Source: Raillietiella orientalis
Lineage: Eukaryota
Direction: 5' to 3'
DNA length: 64,000 nt
Assembly: GCA_036172245.1 (NCBI GenBank)
Contig: JAYWIR010000006.1
Coordinates: forward strand, 2,604,001-2,668,000
A program made the position numbers and the translations under genes. Positions 37,135 through 48,937 of this stretch are shown piece by piece. How positions within the stretch are numbered: position 1 is the stretch's first letter; every line of letters starts with the position of its first letter. The notes under the pieces are model-generated. The model ran no database searches. It was not told the DNA's origin and saw only the letters and a program-made list of their open reading frames with translations.

Positions 37135-37620
37135 TGGGAATCCTTTTGGGATTTTTCTGTTTCGCAACTTCCCTTCCATCTTTTTTTGGAAGAAAGGAGG
37201 ATCGTTTTTGGGGATCTCAAGGAGTGCTGAAAAACCTCCTGCTTCCTTAGAGGGGATTCATGAAGCTCTTTGAGCATCATCCATACCACCCGAGGATGAG
37301 TGTCCTTCTTCGAGTTAGGGAATAGCCCATAAGAGGCCATCCCCTGAATCCAGGGAGAACTCCGGAGGGAGGAGTCCGTTCCTCTTACGCTTGGCAACAG
37401 ACCCATCTGGGTGGTCTCCGAAGGGAAGAATCTCTCTCTTGTTCTCTCCGGAGGGACCTCGGTTTGTCAGTACCTCTCCTCGTTCCTTCTTCGGAGGAAA
37501 CCTGGAAGGGAACCGCTCCTAGAATTTCTTTTCTGGAGGGATCCCTCGGAAAAGATACTCCTCTTCTTTCTTCCTCTTCTAAAGAGAACCCGGAAGAAAC
37601 GCTTCCGAATTTCTGTGAAG
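37135..37620 (-). mobile_element. Composite repeat family A, copy 3 (headless)
   Basis: Aligns with 2555-3020, e.g. agttaggg..tgaatccag..agtccgttcctcttac and aagagaacccggaag. Confidence 0.7.
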
Positions 37621-38299
37621 GGCGACAGAGTCGCTTTTTTGGAACTTCTGTGGTTACATCGATTGCTGGTGCCATGCTCTACGGCGAAGGCGTTGATGCG
37701 AGAACTTACCCACGCTGCTGTGATGGAGTGAGTCCTGACTACTCAAAGTGAGGATCGCTCCATCATAGAAGCGGTTCCTATGGAGTTGAGAGCGGCAGGC
37801 ATGGGAGATAGGTGGTTGTCGCGATCTACAGTTCCCAGACTTGCGTGTGTTCGAGGCAGCTGGACCTCCTGCATTGTGCAGACTTGTGATTGCTTTCTTG
37901 GCCATGGAAGAGGTGTTCACTACACCCCTTTGGCACTTCTCTTTGCCTCCACCATCCCTCAATAAGAAAAAAAATGCCAATCGAAAACTTACGCACGCTT
38001 GCAGAGCGCATGCACATCCTTATATTAGCGTAAGCTTGCAAAGAACTACACGCACGTAGGTGGACGACTGAACTTGAGGTTGCGATGGCCATTCGTCTTA
38101 TCAGTTTCGGTTTTTACGGGTTTTTAAGAGAAATCCAGCCTGAGGCAACTTTTGGAGCATCTTGGCATTTATCGGCTAAGAGGTGATCCTTCCATCCTCT
38201 CGCTCATCGATCTGCAGGAGTCCAGCGTGGCAGACCCGGATCTCCTGTATCGACTGATAAGCGTTCACCTGTGGCAGGCGCAAGGCATTGCATCCGAAC

Positions 38300-38905
38300 A
38301 GTCGTTGCAATTCCAGATGTGAGAGCTAAATTCCGTGCAGGAAGCCACTGAATCAGGAAAGGCGATTTCGACCACCTTGGAGAACCTAGAACGGAAGTCC
38401 TGGAAGCAGTTGTGAAAACGTCATCGCTGCTTTCAGAACGAATCACCTGATTGGTTAGTGGGAATGACGTAAGAAACCCGGCGTAGACTCTGCTTAAGTA
38501 ACCTACGCTGTTGGTCCCCACGGATTGCGCCAGCCTGCAGGCCGTGGTAATAAAAACACTGTCTGCCGCTGTCCTGAAGCCACTCCAAAGGGCTGTGCAC
38601 ACCTTCACTTCTCGATGAACTGTTCTTTTATGGGAGCTGTGAAGGAAGTTCCAGTCCTCCAGCAGCAAGATGCTCCGTGATCCTCTCGAATTCTCCAAAA
38701 TTGCAGAGCTTCCTCTTGTGAAGAGAGTGCTGGAAACAGATTGCAGGGGAAAAGGTGCATCTCCGTTTTCTTTCGCTTATGAGATGCTCCTGAGGCGATG
38801 TTGCTGCAGTTGCAATCGGCCTCGAGACTCTGGTTATGCTTCTTGCGCGCCATTTGCGTAACTCTAAGGCACGTGGGAAAATCCAAGCCTCGAGCATTCA
38901 AAGTA
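38300..38905 (-). pseudogene. APE endonuclease domain remnant of an L1/Tx1-like ORF2
   Basis: LNARGL (motif I), PQEH (LQETH-like), ILLLEDWNFL (GDWN) and LSRVY..LTNQV, in the expected order. Confidence 0.65.
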
Positions 38906-39897
38906 GCGTATAGACCTTGATGCCGGAAGGTGTTTCAATTTGGACAACTGTACCGGCGCAGTGTGGACCGGGTTGTGAACGCCGCATGCTTTCGGCGGAA
39001 GTCAGCTGCCTGCTTTATTTTATTTTTTTGGCATCCTGGTTTGACCTTTGGGTCACGCTTCACCTTGGAATTCGTGAGGTCGAATCCATCGCTCGAATGC
39101 ACGCAAATGTGGGTTCACTGATTCCCTCGTGAATCTGCAGTCAAAGAGATCGCTTCCCAGGAGCAAGGGAAGGGTCAAATTTGCCTTCAGGAATGTTCTT
39201 CGAAGGGTGCCTTTCTATGAGAGATCCAAACGACCTCCTTCATCTTCCTTTCCTGTTGAAGTCAATCGAAGGGGTAAGCCTGCGAAGAAACTAGCGGTCC
39301 TTGTCTTTTACGTAGGAAGAAGGAGCACCAGTCCACGTAGTTCCCGTTGCTCACCGTTCGCGGTTTCCCCAACACCGAGAACACGTGTTCCGTAACTGTA
39401 CGCGATCGTGTTCTGCACATCCTTGAGCTGCACTGCACTCTAATCAGATGGTTCTATGTGGAGTCTGCCACGCTTCGCCTACGAAGAACTACTGCGATTT
39501 TCAGAGAAACGAAAAACTTCCCAGTGACTGGCAACCCTGGCAATGCTGCCGCCGTTTCCCATTCGAATACAAATTTATGCTTTTCATCTCCGTCCAGGAA
39601 AGGAATTGGGTTGATGGTGGCGGGGAAGCCCATTCTCACTTGCGTCTTCGGTCAACAGTGACGAGCACGACGACGTCCCGAAGAGGCACGGAGGCTACAG
39701 CCCCGAGGCTATTTTCAATGGTTCTTCCAAGTTCAAGAGAAGTTCTACGGCGCCGCTGGCAACAGAGCACGGGTTTCTCAGAGCGGGGACCGCAGCAGTC
39801 CTCTTTCGCAGGACTACCATCACACGGTCGCCAGTCACGGGACACGTTGAGTCGGCGCCGTCACTCCGCCGCAACGTGCGGACTGGAGCTCCAGAGG

Positions 39898-41233
39898 GTG
39901 GTCAAGCCAACCAGAACCAACTGAATCCCTTGCCGGCTTGCGAACGGTAGCGCCTGTTTGCAGGAAACCGTCCGCACGTGAGCCAAGAAAAACGAAGCGA
40001 GCCCGGAGATGAGGATGCATTTCTACAACAACCGCTCGCTGCACGTATGCGTGGGCGCAAAGAACCTCCCTAGCCGTGACACTGCCCTCCCTCAGGGAGA
40101 ACCTGGGAGGAACCAGCCCACCAAATGGGAAGTCCGATGTGAGATAGGTGGAAGAGCGAAAGAATTAGGTGGTTGGACCACGGAACAGTTTAGGGACGCT
40201 GCGACCTCGAGTGCCCCACCGAGAGGACTATTGCGCTGGGATGAGCTGCTGGGAATCTCACAGGAAGTGACCTCCAGCTCTAAAGAACAACTGCTCCCCC
40301 CCCGCTAAAGTGGCAGCAGTCGGCACTTCTGCTGTCGCGCTGGGGTTTCCCGTGCAACGCCCGCCTCTACCACTGGATCGGGAGGCTGTGGACCCCAACT
40401 GTGGCAGCTGCGGGGAACGGGAATTCCTCTTGCACCTGCTTGTAGACTGTGTTGCCTTTCGGCCTCCGTGGTTGCGATTCGCAACGGCCCTTGGAGCACT
40501 GACAGACAATCCCAGGGACATCTCTTCCTGCGCGATGCCCTTTCGCTTGCCGCGTCCCCAGCAGCTCGTTGCTGCCTACGCGGGATCGCGGCGGCCTGGG
40601 GCTAAGCGAGAGGAGGACAGCGCGATAGGGAGGGCATCTGCTTCGCCCTGCGCTTCTTGCGGACGGCAGCAAGACGGCTCTTCTTTGGGCATACTCAGAA
40701 GGAACTTACCATCATCCTGGAAAGGATGCAGAAGACGCTCTCCAGTGGACAGCGATCCCTTCCCGTGACCCCCAGAGTTTTTTTTTTATTATTTATTTTT
40801 ACTCTGCTCTTCGCCCCCTATGCTGCTGAGGCGAACCGCGCCGGCCTGCGTACCGGTTACTCGGCCGGTTCCGAGCATTTCCGGATGATGTGGGGCCGAT
40901 GGCCCTACATTTTGCATATTTATTTTTATAATGAACGTCCTGGCGTGACTGGTAATAAACCAAACCCTGCTAAGGAATGCGTGCAGGCCGGCTGACGCGG
41001 CAGTGCTTCTTGCCCTTCGTATGCCGGCGCGGTGGCGATGCCCGGGTCGGCATGCTCGGTGCAGCGGCAAGAGGAAGGCCGCTGGCTCGAATCTTGTGAG
41101 GTGCAACTCCCTTGCAGAGCCCTGAGGAAAGAGCTCTCTCAACCGGGAGTACCTTCCACAGGAAGGGAACTGGGCATGCGGAGGCGACGATGGACGCCGG
41201 ATGCCTTGCAAGAGCTAAGGAAGGAAGGCGACC
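39898..41233 (+). mobile_element. LINE 3' portion (zf-RVT and 3' UTR to ~40960) plus a downstream SINE-B unit; inverted near-identical copy at ~56358-57452
   Basis: DPNCGSCGEREFLLHLLVDC zf-RVT. ORF 40009-40308 is identical to 57042-57341. The second copy lacks ~40410-40648. Confidence 0.85.
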
Positions 41234-42677
41234 AATGAGAAGAGCGTACGGGATATTTATACCTGGCCGCGCCAGGGGCGCTTCCTGAAACGTACTGTAC
41301 CCTTGCGACAAGACAGTCGGAGCTGAAACAAGGAGCTGTTCCTCCGCAGCGGGAGGGCAATCCTGCTACTTCGTTGAGTCCTGGAGGAAGTCCCTGATCA
41401 GAAGCAGGTTGCCGGAAGAGGTTTCACGCAGGGAAAAGCGGGTAGGGGGGGGAGGGAGAAGGGGAAAGGGAAATGAACATCGGGAAAAAAAAACGAAAAT
41501 CAAACGAAAGGAAGAAAAAGTCTCAAAACTTTCAGACGGAAAGAGAAGGGATCGCAGTGTCCTTCCTGGCGTTCTCCGAATTCTTCGCGGGATGCCAGCA
41601 GGTTCATCTTTCTGCTGAGAGAGGCGCGACCATCTCTTGGTCATCATCCTCAAAGGAAGTACTATCAACGGGGAGGCGTCGACGGTGGTCTCACTGTTGC
41701 TGCAGATCCCAGCTGCCACGCCACCGGCTCCGAAGCAGAGCTGCGGATGAAGAGGCTCCTCAGCAGTTTCCCGGGTCATCCCTTGGCGAGTGCAGGGACG
41801 CAGCCGGCGTAGTCCGGCGTAGGGCGCGGAAGGAGTGTCTGGGAAAAGGGGGGGAAGGGTATCTAATTCCTCACGCTTTCCCCATCCCCTTCCTGCCGCG
41901 CGCGCTCCGCCTGCCCGCATGACCGGGACCATCGGGCTACGGGCAGATTCTTTCGAGAGTGTACCTCTCCCTAAGCAATCTCTCCGAAGTAGATCGCCCC
42001 AGGGAACCCATTCCTCCCGAGGAGAACCTCAGTGCTCGCTGACCTTCCTCCTTTAGATTTCTCCAATGCTGCAAGGGCAGCTCATGTCAAAGAGCGGGGT
42101 CTCGGACACGTGTTCTCTCTGTGGCAACAGCATGTCGGGCCACAGACGGAAGTCCGAGCCAGGGATCCGCTGGTCGGATGCCATCCCCTCACTGAGACTG
42201 CCACCTCATACGGATGCATCGCGGAGGCTTTTCCAGACTCCTTCCCTTCGCCTCCTGAGATTTTGCATTACGGGAGGCGACCCATGCCACATTTCCAGCA
42301 GGCGTTTCAGGAATCTTGCATGCCGGATCACATCGCCTGCTTCCCGATGTGCTCCAGCAGCTCCTCGAGTATTTTCGATTCCCCGAACACTCCATCATTT
42401 CCCGGATGACATGATCTCAGAGATCTCAGTGCAAGATCGCTCCCAAGGCAACGCAAACCCCACTGGAGGCAGAGCCACTCGATATCTGCTCCCCATCTCC
42501 CGCCCGTCTCTTCCAAAGCTGCTGGTGCATACAGGCGAGGAAGGGAGACGCCGACGCAACCACTTTCACTTCTCCTCGGAAGACGAAACCCCGCTGCAGC
42601 CCCAACACAGCTCCAGGAACGGTCTCCACGCTGCATACGCGATCAAATGGATACGGTCCCTTTCAAACAGTAGTTTC

Positions 42678-43972
42678 ATACACTCTCTCCAGTCCGTGGT
42701 GCACGCCTGAGCGCAACGCCATCCTCCTCTTCCTGCCGTCCGCCTGCGCGCGAAGGATGCCAGACTCGACCAACACCTCGACGTTCCCCGGATCATCCCG
42801 AGACCTCGGGGATTCCGTTCCCAAGGCGGATGCCCCTCCGCCGGGAGGAGGGCGGCGTACGTTTCCTCGTGCCGGGTCCTTTCTCGTCGCCGTGCTGTCG
42901 GCGCGCCAGAATGGGGTGCGGCGACCCCGCCTCCGCATCGCGGCGCGACGGCGTCCGGAAGCAGTTCCGGGTCGTCTGCCGGGATCGGCCGGCTGGCAGC
43001 CATCGGCTTCCATTTAACCCGCTCCGCTTCCGTCCCGCAACGGAGCCGAGCGGCCGCCTCTCTCGGCGGCGAAGTTGGAAGCTGGCGCGCGCGTCGCAGA
43101 AAGCGCGCCCGGCCCGAACGCGGGCGTCTCTGCGCTCGGAAGCAAACGGGGCCAACTCCCGGCCGTCAGCAAAGCGGTACCGGAAGGTAGGAAACCGTCT
43201 CCGTGGAGACGAGCAACGCTCGCTTCTCTCCGTCGTCTCGTCGAACCGGAGGCGGTGCGGGCGCCACCGCCGACGCCCCTCCACGAGCTCGCGACGGCTG
43301 CCGTGCTACAGGATACCGGTTCGTTCAACACACCGTTCTTGCGTGTTACCCATTCCTGGGAGCCACTTCCTTCTTCTCCTCCATTCTTCTGCTGGAGATG
43401 ATTCGAGCATCGTCAGGGAGACGTCCAGGCACACGTGCCTTGTAAGTGGGTCGCTCGCGCACCGGACACGGGAGGCCACCGGCAGGTGCCTCGTTTTCTC
43501 CGACTGCTCTCCAGGGATTCCCTAGGTCGTTCGTTCTCGTGTTGAGGGCCTCCTGCGCCTTCGATCATCGCCGCCTCTCGCGTGCACCGACTGCGCGGAG
43601 AGCAGCAGTTCCGGGCGGGCGGGTGGGGAGAGGCCAATCGGAGAATTTCCGGGTGGCTCTCGGTGCTCAGGACGAGGTTCCGAATTGCGCGTCGGTTTGG
43701 AACGTGACCATCTTCCTCCGGGGTGAGTCCGTGTCGTCTGCTGGATGGTCCGCCTGCCTTCTCTGGCGTGCGTGCTCCCTGGAAGTAGATGGAGCCTTCG
43801 TCGAAAGCGTGCTCGAGCGTCTTCACGGTTGTCTCGTCGTCACGCGTAAAGAAGCATGGGAACAAGTCGGTCAGGGCACGTGGAGTCGCCCTGCCAGGCC
43901 TGTGGGGTCCTCCATTGGAGGGTGATCTCACCGTGCGTATGCGTGGCTTCCTGACGATGTGCTAACCGCGTG
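42678..43972 (-). repeat. Inverted copy of 33389-34683
   Basis: Reverse-complement identity with 33389-34683. Confidence 0.96.
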
Positions 43973-44300
43973 GTGAAGGAGCATCGCTTCTGACCTTCCC
44001 GGCACGTATGAAGAACTGGGGAAAAGATGTTTTTCTCCATTATGCTTTTGAAAGAAGCAGCTCGCTTTCCATAGACGACTGTACTTCCTGGACATGCCCG
44101 TTTTCGAGCTCTGGAGGCAGTCCCTACGTGTTGGTGAAGGACACCCTGGCGGTCGTGCAGGCGGGAATCTGGGAGAGTCCAAGTTCGAGCACGGCAGAGG
44201 AAAGTTCTGAAGTTTTTTCGAAGAAGCAACGAGCATGCAAAGCATCCTGTCGCATGAATAGAAGGCGTCCTCCCGGATTGTGGAGTTCGACATATTCAAG
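43973..44300 (-). pseudogene. Possible RT remnant interrupted by the 1.29-kb duplicate
   Basis: EDAFYSCDR (EKAFD-like) and a frameshifted RQG/CPSP (RQGCPLSP) lie on one side. IHLIAYAA (YADD-like) lies at ~42630-42655 on the other side. Confidence 0.35.
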
Positions 44301-45442
44301 ATGTCGGACCCAGCAATACCACGGGAGGAGCAGCTTTCGGTCTCAGTAGAAGACGAAATTGCGTCACCAGAGCTCACTCCATTCAATTCAGCAGGAATGG
44401 CAGTCTCCGATCAGAGAACATTCTCGTGGGAGTGAGGTCACGTGTTGCCTTAGGCTACTCTTCTTAAGTAGAGGCAACCAACTATATCTAGAAGACTAAG
44501 CATGCGATGACACTGCGTCCCTCAGTCTCCCTTGTATCGGAAGAGAAGCTAGTACACCAAAGAAGGATCGATCTTGCTGTCGGTGTCAGAAACGGAGTGG
44601 AGCGCTTCCACGGTACCTTCGACTGGGCACTAGGAGACCTCAAGAAGACAAATCGTGGACGATGAGGGAAATTGGACAGGGGACACGTGGGATGGGGTCG
44701 TCGCTGAGACCTCGTCTCGTCCACAGAAAAGGCTGCTGCGTCATGATGATGGGCATGGGATGCTCATTTCAAGGCGTGCCAGCGCCGTTCCTGAAAACGC
44801 TCGGACGAAAAAAGAAAAATACGGAAACATATGCAGTTCTCTTGTTTCCCTTTTATATCTCAGAGGCAATCCAAGTGTTAAAGAGTTTGCTACTCCATCG
44901 TCAGGTCACTGGTAATTTGCTTCTTCGAGAAGTCACTGGGCAGCAGAAGCGGACTTACGTGATCAAAACACCAGAAGGCAGTCCACCTTTTCCTTGCAAA
45001 ACGAAGAGCAAAAGAGAAGAAAAAGGAAAAGAAAGAAAAGAAGAAGGTGGAAGTGAAGAAGAAATGGAATGAAGAAGAGTAGGAGAAGTATTATTATTAT
45101 TAATAGTAGTGGTATGAGGAGGAGAAGGAAAATTTGCATGTGTCCAAATGAGTTTTTTTTCTTCCTCTTCCTCTGACAGATTGCCGGAAGCCGTGAAGGC
45201 AGAATAACGACGTCTCAGAGAGCGTTCCAAAAGAAAGGCAGAAAGACAGGAGAGTGGCCACAAAAGGCTTCAGTTGGATGTCCACGGCACGCGACATGAA
45301 AGATGGAAGAGATAACGGAGACAAGACGGGATAACTAACTCAGGATTGCGTGATCTACCAGCTTGCACTCTCGAAGGGGAAAGGGACAATCGAGGTCGAA
45401 GAAAGACAGGGATCGAGGACATCAAACAGACGTATGTGGGCA

Positions 45443-46110
45443 TCCTGAAGACGCTCGCCAGCGGAATGCGGTGGGACTGGCTCCGGCGAAGCATCAACCA
45501 GCCCTGCTGATTCTCGAGACAGGCGGGCCTTGAGGCGGGGTTCTCCTACTGCCGAAGCAGGGTGACCCGCGTCGCGTCACGCTCGAGGACGCCAAGCTAC
45601 TCTCCGAGGCGCGGAGCGTGCGACTAGAGACACAGACGGAGGAACCTTGTGGGCCCGGGTCAGACCGTGGATGCCAAGCTGCTCCGTGCTCACAGGCGGC
45701 TCAGGCTGGAGAGAGAAGTGTACGCGGTGCTTCCAGAAAAAGCGGATTCCGCCCGAACACGGAGCGCCCGGCTGCGGCTGCTGCAGTTCCGCAGAAGGCT
45801 TTCGAGTGTGTCCGCCAGGGGTGCCGAGAACTCGCGCCGCTGGCACCGTCTGTGTGTCCAGGCGAATTTCTCAGCCACCTGCGATCTGTGCTCTTCACGG
45901 AGCGAAGACTTCCCCTTTTCGGCGGTTCGTCCCGCCCAAGGCACCGAGGATTCACACCCGGTTGAGCCGGGGCAACTTACAAGGGAAGTAACGGCAGGAA
46001 CATCGGTTCAGGGTCACCTGGAAACGTGCCGAGACGCCGGAGGCGGGTCGGTGAGATTCGCCTCCTCAGCAGAGGGGAGTGCAGCAGACAAAAAGGAAGC
46101 AAAATGAAAT
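45443..46110 (+). repeat. Direct duplicate of 15950-16590
   Basis: Near-identical sequence. Confidence 0.92.
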
Positions 46111-48700
46111 CTATAAATAAACATGGAACATTCTGTTGGACGGCTGGGTAAGGGAGCATTTCTTACTGCAGAGCGCCCCGTGCATCCTCTGGGGGGTGCT
46201 GGCAAATTCCATCCGTAGACTCCCAGATGGGGTCATCTCGCAAAGATCTGCAAGAAGCGAATCTTTGGACAGCCTTGGTGGCGCTCGGGGTCATCAGAAT
46301 GTTACGGAGGCAGCTGCCGGCGATGCGACTTACGGCGGTGCTCCACGCACGAAGAGGCTCCTCACTCCGTCTTTGGAGTTGCCCACTGGGATCCCGAGGA
46401 CTGCCGAGAAACGTTCCTCGGACGGACCGTTGGGCAACACAGTTCACGGGCAGTTGTGGGAAGAACTGTCTTTCCGCGTACCCTCAACAGTTCGAGTCCG
46501 CACTCTCCCTGGACCCGTGGTGCCTGCGAGCGTTGCATGGGAGACCCCGGTGCAGCGTTTCTAGTGCCGATCGTCGCCGCTTCAGGGGCGGTGTGGACCT
46601 GTCCAAATCTCGGGCAGCACCACATCTTCCAGGGGAATGTCCATGAGCCGGGTTCAGCGACGTAATCCCTTGGATGGGGGCACTCAGAGCCGCAGCGTCC
46701 GCGAGGTCACATGTGGATCACCCACACCAAAGGGTTTCCGTTTTTCTCCAATGCTGCAAGTTGAGCCCCACCTTGCCGGTGCACCATACCCTCACTTGCC
46801 TTCCTCCGGGAAGCCTTCCTCAGGGAAAGCAACGCTGCAGCAAGGAGGGGGCCACTGAGGTCAGGAACTGTACAGGGGAGTCCTGAGCTGAGCTCCACAC
46901 TCTTCAGCCCGTGATTCGAACTGATGCTGGAGGCGTGGCGGTGCACCCTGGCCTATGTCCCGTGCAACTCCGGTAAGCCCGCCTGTTGCCTGCGCGAGCA
47001 CCCCTGAGGACTCACTCGAGACATCTCGAGGTTCGTCTGCAGGGTCACAACGGCGTCCAGGTCGGCAGGCAAAGGCCCAAAGCGGCGGTTATTGGCTGAA
47101 CTAGGAGTGATTTTTCTTGGGAATTCTCGCAAGCGGGTTTCTCATTTGCTCGGGGGCATCCGTAGGTTCTCTCTTCCCTGCTTGAGGTGTGCGGAAAGTC
47201 TGTGCGGAGAAGGCGCAACGCTCCTTCTCAAGCCCTGCTGCCCCAATAGAGCCGCGGGGCGAGATACCCTTGCTGGTGCTTGTTTGCATTCACTTTTTCC
47301 TTCGGTGCCACCTTTTGCTCCTAGGCGGCTCCTCCAAGTCGCTGCACGGTCGCAGCAAGTTCCGTGGGGCTCCTCCAGATGGAAAGCGCCACTGCATAAC
47401 CTGGGTAGCCTTCTCCAAGCTGAGGGCTCCTACCTACCGAATGAGCTACTCGCGGATGGAAGCGCCGCTTTGGAAACGGATCGAACAAGTGGTCTTGATG
47501 CTCACTGAGAGGTTGTGAAGCGCTTGCTTCTTCCTTCCTGATCTGTGCTTGATCTTCCCTTTTTTGGATACTCTCGCACCACCGCGCACACACGAAAGAG
47601 GAGTCCGTTGTCCGCTTCGTCCGTTGGCGACGCCGCTGAGGAGCTTTTCGAGTGGATTGCTCGTCGACAAGGAGCTTCGGACGCACGCATTTGCCCAGTC
47701 ATTCCAAGCCAATGCTCCCCTTCGCTGGAGGCATCCAGTGTTCTCTCTGGAAAGCTCATCCAGGGCTACGGGCTTCCTTCCGGAAACTCATGTGCCTCCC
47801 CCCCCTGCCTTTTGAACGCTCCATGGAATCTCCTCTGCATCAGGGAGAGAGCACTCCACCAGCATCAGAAAAGGGTGGGTTACCGCCAGGGTTAATCAAG
47901 TCCAAAGCTCGATGGGAGAGGAAGCGGCTGGACTCCTTGAAGCCATGCCCAGAGCCGTCGTTCAGAGCCTGCGAGAGGCATCGCGTCCCTGCGAGTTTCT
48001 CGAAAAGACTTTGACATCCAGGGACCTCTTGATCAATTCCTCCGTGCTTCCTCGTTGGGCATCAGCAGAATGCCATCTCCCTACTGGTGCTGCTGGAGAC
48101 TTCTGGGGACATCACCACGCCTACGCTTATCGATGTCCCCTTTTCACGTGCTTCTAAAGCGCTCCAGAGGCTGCATCAACTATAGAGCTCCATCTCAAGG
48201 GCACTTTAGCTACTTTATGCCCGAGACCCTGCTATGGGAATTACCCACTTCTCCGGGGCTTACCAGCTGCCACGTCGATGGCCATCTCTTTCCACGGGAT
48301 GACCAAATGGAAGAAAAGTGCGGCCGTCATCGGAGGAAGCCAATCGGAATCCTCGCAGCTCTCATGATGGTCGGACCAGACTGGGAGACAAGATTAGAAT
48401 AAGCGTCAGGAGAGTGTCAAACCAGAGGCAGCATCCCTCTTTCCTCCCCTTCCAGACATGGACTTCCGGATGATCACGTCCATCACCTCGAGGACAGTCC
48501 ACATTATCCAGGAATCCACAGAGGGTCCACCTTCTCCTCCTTCTTCCGCTTAGGCAAAAATTGCACGCCTTTGCTTCGAGCTGCAGAAATCCGGTCGCTT
48601 CACCGTCTCTAAATTGAATCTGCCCATTCAAAGCAAATGGCTCACAAGTGGTCGGCGAAAAGGCCTCTGGCTCGCCACGCTATCTCGTCGCATTTGAGAT
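45951..48700 (-). mobile_element. Decayed, internally deleted L1/Tx1-like LINE (APE remnant, zf-RVT, 3' end)
   Basis: MGRFN (GDFN-like), PVWSDHH and RRGSW at ~48270-48630. A region homologous to the zf-RVT copies lies at ~46400-46600. The 3' end reads gccccggctcaaccgggtgtgaa. Confidence 0.6.
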
Positions 48701-48873
48701 GCCACGGTTCAAGCATCGGAAAAGGCGGGGAAAACGGGAAGAGGCAAAAAAAAGCTCTCAACTGCGGACTAGGGAGATCACAGGAATTCCTGGATGTGCA
48801 GTTGAAGGATTTTTTTCTCTCTTTTGCTTCATCTGGGAGCTCCTGGATAGCCCGAAGAAACTGCGGATGTTTG

Positions 48874-48937
48874 GATTCGCGGGGTATGAGGTGTGCCACA
48901 GGGCTCACCCTGTGGCACACCTCATACCCCGCGAATC
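48874..48937. repeat. Perfect 30-bp inverted repeat with a 4-nt spacer
   Basis: GATTCGCGGGGTATGAGGTGTGCCACAGGG-ctca-CCCTGTGGCACACCTCATACCCCGCGAATC. Confidence 0.98.

Noticed and set aside
33389..43972. Polinton/Maverick or other autonomous element with 1.3-kb TIRs
   Set aside because: No TSD and no AG..CT termini; the interior holds only decayed LINE/SINE pieces, with no polymerase, integrase or transposase.
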